Source: Candidatus Caldarchaeum sp.
GTDB lineage: Archaea; Thermoproteota; Nitrososphaeria_A; Caldarchaeales; Caldarchaeaceae
Assembly: GCA_038831915.1 (NCBI GenBank)
Contig: JAWBKB010000013.1
Coordinates: 1-48,464, forward strand
Length of the DNA stretch: 48,464 nucleotides
Direction of reading: 5' to 3'
Position 1 is the stretch's first letter; each line of letters starts with the position of its first letter. Below the pieces are notes generated by a model. It was given only the letters and a program-made list of their open reading frames with translations, ran no database searches and was not told the DNA's origin. The position numbers were made by a program, and so were the translations under genes. This document shows positions 39,301 to 48,256 of the stretch, piece by piece.

Positions 39301-40491
39301 TTGTTGTTGGATGTTTTACTGATAGGCGTAGGGGCAGTTGGGGAAGTCATAGCCAAACATTTGGCCGACGACAATTACATAACACTGACGGTTGCGGACA
39401 TAGACGAGAGAAGACTTCGTAGCATCAAAAGAAAGCTCAGAGTAAACGTCCGCTATGAAGTAGTCGACAGGAAAGAGTCAGATGACCTCGAAAATATTAT
39501 CAAAGGGGCCGACATGGTCATCAACGCTGCTAATCCTAAACTAAATCTCAGACTAATGCAGATGTGTCAAAAACATTCCGTTCACTACATGGATTTGGCG
39601 AGTAACGACATCGATGAACAGCTCGCCATGAATGATGAATGGGAGAAAAGGAACATCTTAGGTCTCATCTGCATGGGTGAAGACCCTGGTCTGTCAAACA
39701 TGTATGCGAGATATGCTGCCGACCGGATGACGCAGCTTTACTCAGTAAAGATAAGAGATGGCGAATTCTCCAAAAGCCGAAAATATCCATTGGTCGCGCT
39801 TTTCTCACCAGAAATTTTCTTTGAGGAAATCCTAATGCCTTCGGTAATCTTCGAAAATGGGAAGTACAAGAGAGTTCCACCTTTCTACGGAAGAGAAACA
39901 TACGAGTTTCCAGATCCAGTAGGCGAGCTGACGGTCTATTCTGTCGATCATGAAGAAGTCTATACATTACCTCGGTACCTGCCAAAAGGCGTTAGATATG
40001 TTGACTTCAAGCTGGCGCTGTCTGATGAGCTGATAAACGCCATACGGCTGTTGAAGAAGATAGGGATGTTGAAATCGAGGAAGCTGCGGGTTAAGAATGC
40101 GACAGTCGCACCTCGCGATGTCCTCTTTGCTCTAATGCCTAAGCCTTCGGAAATTTCCAGACACATAGAGGGTCACGCAAGCCTGGTAGTCGAAACAGAA
40201 GGTGAAATCAAGGGCAAGAAAGCGTCCCTAACTCTCTACACCTTAATGAGTCATGAAGAGGCGCACAAACTATTCCGTACAAATGCCACCGCCTATCTTA
40301 CTGGAACGATTCCGGCTGCTCTGGCATCGCTTATCGCAAGAGACGAAATAGAGGAAAAAGGTGTGATTGTGCCTGAACAGCTTGACCCAGAGCCCGTGAT
40401 AACAGAAATCGCGAAGAGAAACGTACTCAGCTACATCGAGGTCTCCGAAGAAGGCTTGATGATTGAGAAGGGAACGGTTGCGAAGTCATGA
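39301..40491 (+). CDS. Saccharopine dehydrogenase-family oxidoreductase (carboxynorspermidine dehydrogenase/lysine 6-dehydrogenase-like)
   Basis: IGVGAVG, HYMDLA, GEDPGLSN, HEE, AYLTG and GVIVPEQLDP; GGTGA ribosome-binding site upstream. Confidence 0.85.
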   Translation: MLLDVLLIGVGAVGEVIAKHLADDNYITLTVADIDERRLRSIKRKLRVNVRYEVVDRKESDDLENIIKGADMVINAANPKLNLRLMQMCQKHSVHYMDLASNDIDEQLAMNDEWEKRNILGLICMGEDPGLSNMYARYAADRMTQLYSVKIRDGEFSKSRKYPLVALFSPEIFFEEILMPSVIFENGKYKRVPPFYGRETYEFPDPVGELTVYSVDHEEVYTLPRYLPKGVRYVDFKLALSDELINAIRLLKKIGMLKSRKLRVKNATVAPRDVLFALMPKPSEISRHIEGHASLVVETEGEIKGKKASLTLYTLMSHEEAHKLFRTNATAYLTGTIPAALASLIARDEIEEKGVIVPEQLDPEPVITEIAKRNVLSYIEVSEEGLMIEKGTVAKS

Positions 40492-41609
40492 CCACATCCC
40501 TTTTTGAACGCGCCGCCAAGATTTTGTCCGACATGGTGAGAATCCCAAGCGTGTCAGGGTCTGAAAAACCGTTATGCGACTTCATCGCCGACCATGTTTC
40601 GAGTTTAGGATTTACGTCAGAAAAACAAGAGGTCTACAAAACCGGTTATAACGTTTTAGTCCGCATCGGCTCTGGAAACCGTGTACTATTCTGCGGACAT
40701 CTCGACACCGTTCCCCAGTTTGATATGCCAGAAGCGTTTCAACCTCGGCTCGTAGACGGGAGTTTGTTCGGCCGTGGCGCATGCGACATGAAAGGCGGTC
40801 TGACTTCGCTACTACTTTTGCTCGAGGAGCTGCGGAAACACGAGCAGACGCCAGACATGACTTTCGCATTTGTTGTTGATGAGGAGCTTTACGGGCGCGG
40901 AGCCATGGAGCTTATGAGAAGCGGAGCAAAAGCCGACATTTGCATCATCACTGAGCCAACAAACAACAAAATATGCATAGGTAATGCCTCATGTATTGAA
41001 TTTCGTCTCAGCCTTCATGGGCAGAGCGGGCACGGCGCGGCTCGCGGCGGTCAAAACGCTATAAGAAACTTCATACAATTTTATGGGAGCTTTGAAAAAG
41101 AGTTAGAAAAACTACTGGATGGTTCGGACTCAAAATTTCCAATGAAACCGATAATAAACATAGGACGGATAGACGGTGGATACGGTGCATGGGTTATACC
41201 GCCAGTTATTGCGGCGGACATCTTAGTGCACATGCACCCCATGACCAGCTATTCGATGGCTTATAGTAAAGTGACAGACCTCTGTAACAAGTTCGGCGAA
41301 TTGCTAAACACAAAGATTGATTTTATTCCGTTGCACGGATGCGATGGCTTCATACTGGACGAACAAAACATCTACGTGAGATGGGTTTGCGAAGCTTTCA
41401 AAGCGGTACACGGTTTTGACCCAAAACTCGGATTAATCGAAGCCGAAACCGATGCCAACGCACTCTATCACAAAGGCGGGCTGCCATGCATCATCTTTGG
41501 ACCAGGCGACATCCTATACGCTCATTCATCCAAAGAGCATGTTTCAGTCAACGAGGTGGTGAAAAATTACGAAACGTTATTCGCCTTCGTGAAGCGAATA
41601 AACGGCTGA
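40488..41609 (+). CDS. M20-family deacylase/peptidase (ArgE/DapE-like)
   Basis: PSVSGSE, GHLDTVP, GRGACDMKGG, DEE, EPT and GPG...AH...E. Confidence 0.9.
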   Translation: MTTSLFERAAKILSDMVRIPSVSGSEKPLCDFIADHVSSLGFTSEKQEVYKTGYNVLVRIGSGNRVLFCGHLDTVPQFDMPEAFQPRLVDGSLFGRGACDMKGGLTSLLLLLEELRKHEQTPDMTFAFVVDEELYGRGAMELMRSGAKADICIITEPTNNKICIGNASCIEFRLSLHGQSGHGAARGGQNAIRNFIQFYGSFEKELEKLLDGSDSKFPMKPIINIGRIDGGYGAWVIPPVIAADILVHMHPMTSYSMAYSKVTDLCNKFGELLNTKIDFIPLHGCDGFILDEQNIYVRWVCEAFKAVHGFDPKLGLIEAETDANALYHKGGLPCIIFGPGDILYAHSSKEHVSVNEVVKNYETLFAFVKRING

Positions 41610-41655
41610 AGTTTGATGCGCTCGGTCAGTGTGTTCACGCGTCCAGCCGTAGAGG

Positions 41656-42177
41656 CTAAGGATTGTGACGATTGCTGGCCTGTTTGCGGCGGATTGTTTT
41701 CAGGTTGCTGGATGTCTTCCATGCAAACATGATTTTTATCATGTTGGCGATTTTTCTGCAGGCCTCTTCTACCTTTGGGCTAAGTTTCTCGCCGTAGCCG
41801 AAGTCTGCTCCTTCGACACCGAAAAGCGTAATCTTTCCACCAAATTCTCCCAAAGCTGTCAGCAGCTTAATTGATTCGGGGAGCGACAATAGATGTGTGG
41901 AGCTGTAGCTGATGTTCTTGGAGATGAGGTCTTCTATTTCAAGGCGGTGGATTTTACCGGGGTTTCCGCGGTTTTCAACAGCATCGACGACGATAAGATG
42001 ACTGGTGTCGGATGTAATGACGTCGAGAATCTCCAGGGGCGATGAAGCTTCGACTACATCTATGCCTCCGTTTTTCCGGAGCAAATCCGCTACGTATCTG
42101 CCCGCTGCATCGTCACCTCGCAAACGGTTGCCTATGCATACCACTTTGACGCGGGACGGTGGGTTATTCTTCTTCAA
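41656..42177 (-). CDS. Hydrogenase maturation protease (HycI/HybD family)
   Basis: [17 protein letters not shown] and SSTH; last gene of the hydrogenase operon. Confidence 0.92.
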   Translation of the reverse strand: MKKNNPPSRVKVVCIGNRLRGDDAAGRYVADLLRKNGGIDVVEASSPLEILDVITSDTSHLIVVDAVENRGNPGKIHRLEIEDLISKNISYSSTHLLSLPESIKLLTALGEFGGKITLFGVEGADFGYGEKLSPKVEEACRKIANMIKIMFAWKTSSNLKTIRRKQASNRHNP

Positions 42178-43453
42178 CCTTCAACCTCAGAAAATGAGTG
42201 GCACATGATATGCATGGGTCGTAATTCCTAATAGCCTGCTCGAACCGCCACAAGGCTTTTTCTTTCGGCAGCTTTATAAGTGCTGGCGCGAGAGCTCGCA
42301 AGTCGTCTTCGATTCTTTTCTGGTTCTGTGAAGTAGGCGGAACGATTTTCGCGTATTTTATTCTGCCGGAGGCGTCGACGTCGTATCTGTGGTACAGTAT
42401 TCCACGTGGCGCCTCGGTGCATCCATGACCCCGGCCCTCTTTCAACACGTAATCGGCTCTGGGCTTGGAAGGCTCCCGATATTCATCTATGATTCTGATG
42501 GCTTCTCTATACGCGTAAACGGTTTCAGCAAGTCTTGCGATGATGCTTTTGAACGGGTTTCTACACGGAACTTTGAAACCAAGTGTACGTAGTTTTTCCT
42601 TGGTTTGGTCGTCGAGTTTGTCAAAGTTTAGATTGATTCGGGAAAGCGGGCCGACCATGTAGGAACCACGGCCGACGATGTGCGAATGCAACGCGTTAGA
42701 ATACGGTATGTGTTCTTCTACGAAAATCTTTTCAAATTCCTCTACTGCGATGTCGAGTCCTTTGTTCGAAATTATGCGGCCTTCGTTCATGGGATATTCG
42801 TCGGTATGCCGGAGAGCCACGAATTCATAATCCATTTCGAAGTCTGGAAATTCGAGTTTAGCAACCCATTCGAGAAGCTCTTCCGAAAGCTTTAACCCAT
42901 CTAGCAGTGACGGCTTTAGAGATTCAAGCTCGTGTTTTTTAAACAGTCGATAAAAACCTCCAACACACGCTGAGACTGGATGAATTTCTCGTCCACCGAT
43001 GAATGCGACGATTTCGTTGCCAATCTTTTTCGCCTTGAGGGCTTTTTTCACAATTTCGGGATGTTTTTTGGCCATCTGCAACGCGTCGTCGTATCCTAGG
43101 AAATCAGGAGCATGAAGGAGGAAAGCGTGCAGTAGATGGCTTTCAATCCATTCACCGCAGTAGAAGAGTCTTCTGAGCATTCTGATGGGTGGCTCAACTG
43201 TTACGCCGAATACTTTCTCCAGAGCATGCACAGAGCTCATCTGATACGCTACTGGACAGATTCCGCAGATTCGAGCAGTTATGTCTGGAACATCGTAGTA
43301 CATCCTGTCGAAGAGAAAAGCTTCGAACAGACGCGGCGGCTCGAAAACCTTGAGCTTCACGTCGACGATTTCGCCTTTACGTGTTTTGATGTATAACGCG
43401 GCTTCGCCTTCGATTCTCGCGAGGTAATCAACCTTAAACACTTTTTCAGTCAT
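42164..43453 (-). CDS. hydA: Group 3b [NiFe]-hydrogenase large (alpha) subunit
   Basis: RIEGE, ARICGIC (L1), EAPRG and DPCISCATH (L2) plus a cleavable C-terminal extension. Confidence 0.95.
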   Translation of the reverse strand: MTEKVFKVDYLARIEGEAALYIKTRKGEIVDVKLKVFEPPRLFEAFLFDRMYYDVPDITARICGICPVAYQMSSVHALEKVFGVTVEPPIRMLRRLFYCGEWIESHLLHAFLLHAPDFLGYDDALQMAKKHPEIVKKALKAKKIGNEIVAFIGGREIHPVSACVGGFYRLFKKHELESLKPSLLDGLKLSEELLEWVAKLEFPDFEMDYEFVALRHTDEYPMNEGRIISNKGLDIAVEEFEKIFVEEHIPYSNALHSHIVGRGSYMVGPLSRINLNFDKLDDQTKEKLRTLGFKVPCRNPFKSIIARLAETVYAYREAIRIIDEYREPSKPRADYVLKEGRGHGCTEAPRGILYHRYDVDASGRIKYAKIVPPTSQNQKRIEDDLRALAPALIKLPKEKALWRFEQAIRNYDPCISCATHFLRLKVEEE

Positions 43454-44223
43454 GTTTCAGCCTCCACCTCCCTGAAACCGGGGGCCCAAGCGTTAAACAG
43501 ACGGAAATACTGTACAATTTCCTGTTTACTCATCCCCATTTCAGCAAATTTTTTCACGAGCGATTGTGGGTTGAGCGATTCTTTGGGCCCGAAGCATCCG
43601 TAGCATCCTCTTCCATATGATGGGCAAAGCGCTCCGCATCCAGCATGTGTTACAGGGCCGAGGCAGGGAATTCCACGAGCAACCATCACACAGGCCACCC
43701 CGTTTAGCTTGCATTCCATGCAGACGCTGTGATTCATGACTCGCGGCGCCCGGCCATGCAGATAGGCGGAAAGCACCTCATACAGCCTGTCTTTGCTGAT
43801 TGGACATCCGCGCAGCTCGAAATCAACCTGGGCGTGGTAAGATATCGGCGTTGATTTGTCAAGCGTCTGAATGTATTCAGGCTTGGCGTATACATACCTG
43901 AGAAATTCATCGCTTCCTTTCCAGTTTCGAAGAGCCTGGATTCCGCCGGCGGTTGCACACGCTCCTATTGCTATGAGCAGTTTGCTTTTCTTGCGAATTT
44001 GTTTGATGAGCTCGGTGTCATTAGGTGTTGTGATGCTGCCTTCGACCAAGGATATGTCGTAAGGACCTTTTACGGTAGCTTTGCTTGCTTCGAGGAAGTA
44101 GGCGATTTCGAATTTCTCGCCGATTGATAGAAGTTCGTCTTCGAGGTCGAGGATGGTGAGTTGGCAGCCGTCGCATGAAGCAAACTTGAAAACAGCTATC
44201 TTGGGCCTTCTGTTTTTCATCAC
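43450..44223 (-). CDS. hydD: Group 3b hydrogenase small (delta) subunit
   Basis: SCDGC, EGS, GACA, GCP and C-terminal Cys-rich VCMEC...CLGP...CYGCFGP. Confidence 0.93.
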   Translation of the reverse strand: MMKNRRPKIAVFKFASCDGCQLTILDLEDELLSIGEKFEIAYFLEASKATVKGPYDISLVEGSITTPNDTELIKQIRKKSKLLIAIGACATAGGIQALRNWKGSDEFLRYVYAKPEYIQTLDKSTPISYHAQVDFELRGCPISKDRLYEVLSAYLHGRAPRVMNHSVCMECKLNGVACVMVARGIPCLGPVTHAGCGALCPSYGRGCYGCFGPKESLNPQSLVKKFAEMGMSKQEIVQYFRLFNAWAPGFREVEAET

Positions 44224-45080
44224 AGCTCCCTCCTATCGAAGAAGTAAGACACGTCGCTGAAACGAACCACAGGCCCGTCCTTACATATGAAAAACGGGCC
44301 GAACTGGCAGTGTCCGCAAAGCCCGACGCCGCATTTCATATTTCTCTCCATAGATATGAATACGCGGTCTTCTTTGACTCCTTGGTTTTTGAGCTCCAAC
44401 ACGGTGAATTTCATCATTATTTCAGGCCCGCATACGAGGGCGATTGTTTTGGTGGGGTCTAGTCTGATGTTTCGGAACAATGTGGTTACGACGCCGATGT
44501 GTCCCCGCCATTTCGAATCGCCTCTGTCCACGGTTATCAGAACCTGTGTGTCGAGCCTGCTTCTCCAACGACTCAGCTCTTTTTTGTAGAGAAGTTCTGC
44601 TGGGCTCCGTGCGCCGTAGAGAACAAAGAACTGTCCAAATTTCTCCCTGTTTGCGATGATGTGCCGTATGGCGGGGCGGAGAGGCGCGAGGCCAATTCCA
44701 CCGGCGACAACAACCACGTCAAGGCCTTCGGCTTCCTCGATAGGCCAGCCGTTTCCAAACGGCCCTCTAACCCCGATAATCGAATTATTCTCAGACCTTA
44801 CGATTGCTTTTGTGACCGAACCCACGGCCCTGACCGTGAAATACAAACTATCGCCGGCCGGCGATTGGCCGCTTATCGAGATTGGTGTTTCGCCGACACC
44901 ATACACGTATAGCATCGCGAATTGTCCGGGTTTGTAGTCTACTTTGGCACCGTTCACTGGCTTTATGGATAAAGTGTACGTGTCGGGGTTTTCCTTCACC
45001 TTTGACACTACCTTAAACCATTTGACATGAAAGGTGTCATAACCGACCAAATCCTCCAAAACTTGGACCTGCGTCATCAT
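44220..45080 (-). CDS. hydG: Group 3b hydrogenase gamma subunit (FAD/NAD(P)-binding, 2Fe-2S)
   Basis: [27 protein letters not shown] and [11 protein letters not shown]...C.DGPV. Confidence 0.93.
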   Translation of the reverse strand: MMTQVQVLEDLVGYDTFHVKWFKVVSKVKENPDTYTLSIKPVNGAKVDYKPGQFAMLYVYGVGETPISISGQSPAGDSLYFTVRAVGSVTKAIVRSENNSIIGVRGPFGNGWPIEEAEGLDVVVVAGGIGLAPLRPAIRHIIANREKFGQFFVLYGARSPAELLYKKELSRWRSRLDTQVLITVDRGDSKWRGHIGVVTTLFRNIRLDPTKTIALVCGPEIMMKFTVLELKNQGVKEDRVFISMERNMKCGVGLCGHCQFGPFFICKDGPVVRFSDVSYFFDRREL

Positions 45081-45559
45081 GGCTTCGCCTCCGGCTTGCC
45101 GTACATGTCAATCAACCTAATCCTAGCTGCCTTCAGTCTATCACCGACAACTTCGATAATCCGTCGGTAAATTTCACATCCAAAGCCTTTATCCGCCTCT
45201 ATCATGCGGAGAATTTTTTCGCTGTCAAACACGATGGATAGGGTGTTTTCAAGAACTATCGCGCCAGCCGTCTTTTTGAAAGGGGGGACGAGCGATGACC
45301 ATCCGAGTACCTGGCCCGGCCCGATTGTCTCAAACCGGAACTCACCTCTTCCGGGAATGTAGAAGTAGAGAGCAATTTGGCCGTACACTATGAGGTAGAA
45401 CTTTCTGTGAACTTCGTTTTCCTCGAAGATTTTCTGTCCAGCCGTGTAACGTGCCAGCGAACCGATGGAAGCCAACGCATTTATCTTCTCTTCATCCAAA
45501 CCTTTTGTAAATGAATGGTCGTTCAACAAAATTTTGATGTCTAATTGTTCCACTTTCAT
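45077..45559 (-). CDS. Stand-alone cyclic nucleotide-binding (Crp-type effector) domain protein
   Basis: [10 protein letters not shown]...FYLIVYG...[12 protein letters not shown]; no HTH tail. ATG 45559 overlaps the hydB stop. Confidence 0.87.
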   Translation of the reverse strand: MKVEQLDIKILLNDHSFTKGLDEEKINALASIGSLARYTAGQKIFEENEVHRKFYLIVYGQIALYFYIPGRGEFRFETIGPGQVLGWSSLVPPFKKTAGAIVLENTLSIVFDSEKILRMIEADKGFGCEIYRRIIEVVGDRLKAARIRLIDMYGKPEAKP

Positions 45560-46689
45560 TCCGCTGTCACCTCCATCTTGCGCATCTTCGCGGCTTCTTC
45601 TGCTATATCTATGCCTACTGGACACCAGGTGATGCATCTACCGCATCCAACGCAGCCTAATGTGCCGAATTGGTCAACCCAGGTAGCCAGCTTATGGGTA
45701 AACCATTGCCGATACCTGCTCATCCTACTTGCCCTAATGGTCCCGCCGTGAATGTATGAAAAATCGGCCGTGAAGCATGAATCCCATCTTCTCCATCTTT
45801 CAACTATCCGGCCATGAAGGTCAGTAGTCTCTTCGATGATGTTGCAGAAACAAGTGGGACAAACCAGCGTGCAGTTACTGCATGCGAGACATCTTTCAGC
45901 AATTTCAGCAAACTGCGGGCTTTCGATATTTCGGTAAATCAACTCTTTCAAACCGTTGACGTCGATGCTTTTCTTGAACAAAGTTTTTCCATGTTCGATG
46001 AGTCGGTGGGCCCGCTCTATTTGTTCGGGTGATGCATGTGGAGCGCCTATGTTTTCCATCAGTTTGATGGCCTTTTCGGAAACGGCTGTCGCAACGAAAT
46101 AGTGTTGTCCATCGTGAATTATCTCTGTTAAGGCGATGTCAAAACCATCTATCGCTTCGGGGCCTGTGCCCACGGAAAGACAGAAACAGTTTTCACCAGG
46201 TTCTGTGCAGTTGACCGCTACTACGAAGATGTTCTTTCTGTTGGCAGCGTAGACAGGGTCGACGAAAGGCCCGTGGAGGAAAATTTTGTCAAGAATTTTT
46301 AGGGCGGCGAGTTCACAGCTCCGAACTCCGATAAACGCCATTTTCTGCTGCCCGTTAACAAGAACTCTGAGCTCTTTTGACTTGGAAATCCTGACAAGCC
46401 TGGATCGCGGCGGCAGCAGAAATTTTTTCCAGGAATGAGGGCCCACGACGTATCCGAAAAACGCATAGTCATTTCTTTTTTTCACACGGTAAAATCCTGG
46501 TGCCTGCATGTCACGAATTCCCACTGGTAGTTCCTCAGCCGTAGAGATTTCATCGTAAACGACCGCGCCATTATTTAAAACGGGACCCAGGAGAGAGTAT
46601 CCTTCTTCGCGAAGGCGGCCTAGCAACTCTTTCAACATTGTTACGTCGAGGAAAAACATTTGAAAAGCCGCGGAGTTCTTAGATGTCAT
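45556..46689 (-). CDS. hydB: Group 3b hydrogenase beta subunit (4Fe-4S ferredoxin-type)
   Basis: [29 protein letters not shown] and [13 protein letters not shown]. Start at 46689 or 46659. Confidence 0.93.
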   Translation of the reverse strand: MTSKNSAAFQMFFLDVTMLKELLGRLREEGYSLLGPVLNNGAVVYDEISTAEELPVGIRDMQAPGFYRVKKRNDYAFFGYVVGPHSWKKFLLPPRSRLVRISKSKELRVLVNGQQKMAFIGVRSCELAALKILDKIFLHGPFVDPVYAANRKNIFVVAVNCTEPGENCFCLSVGTGPEAIDGFDIALTEIIHDGQHYFVATAVSEKAIKLMENIGAPHASPEQIERAHRLIEHGKTLFKKSIDVNGLKELIYRNIESPQFAEIAERCLACSNCTLVCPTCFCNIIEETTDLHGRIVERWRRWDSCFTADFSYIHGGTIRASRMSRYRQWFTHKLATWVDQFGTLGCVGCGRCITWCPVGIDIAEEAAKMRKMEVTAE

Positions 46690-46757
46690 CAATGTATAGA
46701 GGTGCTGCAATCCATATAAACATTTACATTCCATTTGCATTGGAAAAATACATCAGT

Positions 46758-47501
46758 TCACCGGTAGAGGCCGGTCATGTTTAGTATTGATTGTAATGAT
46801 GACGCGAATCGGCTTGAAATCAGTTGATCACGGGTGATATTACCAGCTCTCGCAATGATTTCGTCGAAGGGCAACCGACCCAGAAATGTCACGCCCGTTC
46901 TTTGGCACAGCTCCAAGGTCGGTGAATCATCACTCTTGCGTGACATGTTTTCCACTATACCGAATATTGGCACAGAAGTGGATTTCATGATTGTGATAAC
47001 TCTTTCCGCAAACGACGATGATAAAGCCGAGGGTGTTGTCACGATGATGGCCGTGGCTTTCGGCCTAAATATTCGCATTGACGCGAGCAGTTCGTCACCT
47101 GAACCTGGTGGAAGGTCCACGACCAAGAAGTCCAACTCGCCGAAATCTGTAAGAGCCACGATTTCCTTGACAACCTCCTGCTTCGACAGTCCCGAAAGAG
47201 CAATGGGCCTACCTTTCACAAGCAGGTCGAGACTCATCAACTTAAGCCTGTCGACCGTTGGGGGGACGATTCCATCAGCTTCTTCGATTGGCGAGTTTTC
47301 CGCACCGAGTATGGCGGCTGTCGATGGGCCGTGCAAATCCAAGTCCAGCAACCCCGTTCTAAATTTCTTTGAGAGAAGCAGGGCTGTTGTCGCGGCGACA
47401 ACGCTTTTCCCGACACCGCCTTTTCCGCCCGCCACTAGGATAACTTTATCGATTTGCGAAACCCTTTTCATGATCAAAACATCGCGGTAGTCAAGTGACA
47501 A
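46758..47501 (-). CDS. Mrp/MinD-family ATPase, probably ATPase-type HypB
   Basis: GKGGVGKS, DLDLHGPS, DLPPG, VTTP and ENMS not followed by CxxC; overlaps hypA. Confidence 0.8.
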   Translation of the reverse strand: MSLDYRDVLIMKRVSQIDKVILVAGGKGGVGKSVVAATTALLLSKKFRTGLLDLDLHGPSTAAILGAENSPIEEADGIVPPTVDRLKLMSLDLLVKGRPIALSGLSKQEVVKEIVALTDFGELDFLVVDLPPGSGDELLASMRIFRPKATAIIVTTPSALSSSFAERVITIMKSTSVPIFGIVENMSRKSDDSPTLELCQRTGVTFLGRLPFDEIIARAGNITRDQLISSRFASSLQSILNMTGLYR

Positions 47502-47889
47502 CGTCTCGCACCTCAACCCAACGCCCCGACACGACCTTCAAATCCACGCTTCCGCATTTCACGCAGCTTGAATATGAACCCACCAAATCAGGAACGAAAT
47601 GAATAACTTCTTTCGCATCTGCGTCAAGGCCTGCCACCGTCTCTTTGAACGACATAATGTTGGAACATGTGCTGCAAACAATTGAAGCGGGCTCAACTTC
47701 AACCGTGAACACAGCATTCATTAAAGCGGTTTGCGTGATGAGTGTCTTGATTGCGTTTGAAAGAATTTCGATGTCGAGCATACTGAGCTCACCCACAACC
47801 ACTTTGAAGCTCTTTACTGTTCGGCGTGACTCGGTAACATATTTAACGAGACATTCGACAACGCCGCTGGCGACTAAAAATTCATGCAT
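47491..47889 (-). CDS. hypA: Nickel metallochaperone HypA
   Basis: N-terminal MHE, VGELS, CSTC...CVKC with a long insert containing IHFVP, and SGR. Confidence 0.93.
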   Translation of the reverse strand: MHEFLVASGVVECLVKYVTESRRTVKSFKVVVGELSMLDIEILSNAIKTLITQTALMNAVFTVEVEPASIVCSTCSNIMSFKETVAGLDADAKEVIHFVPDLVGSYSSCVKCGSVDLKVVSGRWVEVRDVVT

Positions 47890-47947
47890 GACACAACTTT
47901 ATACACAGTTGCCTCATAAATCATTCGTAAAAAGATGAAAACAGCTA

Positions 47948-48052
47948 CGGGCCCGGTGGGACTTGAACCCACGACCTCCGGCTCCGCAGGCCGAAGATGC
48001 AGAGATATTATTTACATAATATTCTTCTCTGTCCACACTGAGCTACGGGCCC
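47948..48052 (-). tRNA. trnR: tRNA-Arg(GCG) with 30-nt non-canonical D-arm intron (about 24/25; 47997-48026)
   Basis: Reverse complement reads GGGCCCGTAGCTCAGTGTGGACAGAG[AAGAATATTATGTAAATAATATCTCTGCAT]CTTCGGCCTGCGGAGCCGGAGGTCGTGGGTTCAAGTCCCACCGGGCCCG. TTTATATA lies about 24 nt upstream. Confidence 0.9.
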
Positions 48053-48075
48053 AAGAAAAGAAACATTAGTTATGA

Positions 48076-48090
48076 TATATAAAGCTTAAA
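48076..48090. promoter_or_regulatory. TATA element(s), potentially bidirectional
   Basis: TATATAAAgcTTAAA is about 24 nt from the tRNA-Arg 5' end on the minus strand and 24-30 nt from the start of the 48114 hairpin on the plus strand. Confidence 0.55.
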
Positions 48091-48113
48091 GAGGAGAAAA
48101 AAGGGGGAGAGTT

Positions 48114-48256
48114 TGGCTGGAGGCCCGACATCTGACAGCGTCTGAGAACCTAGATGATGACCGTGCATTGCCTGCGGAATCGCCTGTAGGCGTTCGACGC
48201 CCTATTGCCCGGCCTTCATCTGGTTTTTCCCCGCTGTCAGGCCGGGCCTCCGGCTA
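48114..48256. repeat. 143-nt imperfect inverted repeat, candidate structured ncRNA
   Basis: Left arm 48114-48170 (tggctggaggcccgacatctgacagcgtctgagaacctagatgatgaccgtgcattg) matches the reverse complement of 48203-48256 (tagccggaggcccggcctgacagcggggaaaaaccagatgaaggccgggcaata). Confidence 0.85.

Noticed and set aside
40488-41609. M20 enzyme as LysK partnering lysX
   Set aside because: It is 40 kb from lysX, no lysW/Y/Z/J genes are nearby, and it is coupled to a different operon.
46834-47490. Long antisense ORFs such as 46834-47490, 8849-9322 and 37732-38193
   Set aside because: They lie opposite well-supported genes and show no recognisable motifs; treated as antisense shadows.
48114-48256. 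Hairpin as RNase P RNA, SRP RNA or a conventional C/D guide
   Set aside because: Too short for RNase P or SRP RNA, with no GAGGAAAGUCC or SRP helix-8 motif. It has an internal D/C pair but no terminal C and D boxes flanking guides.
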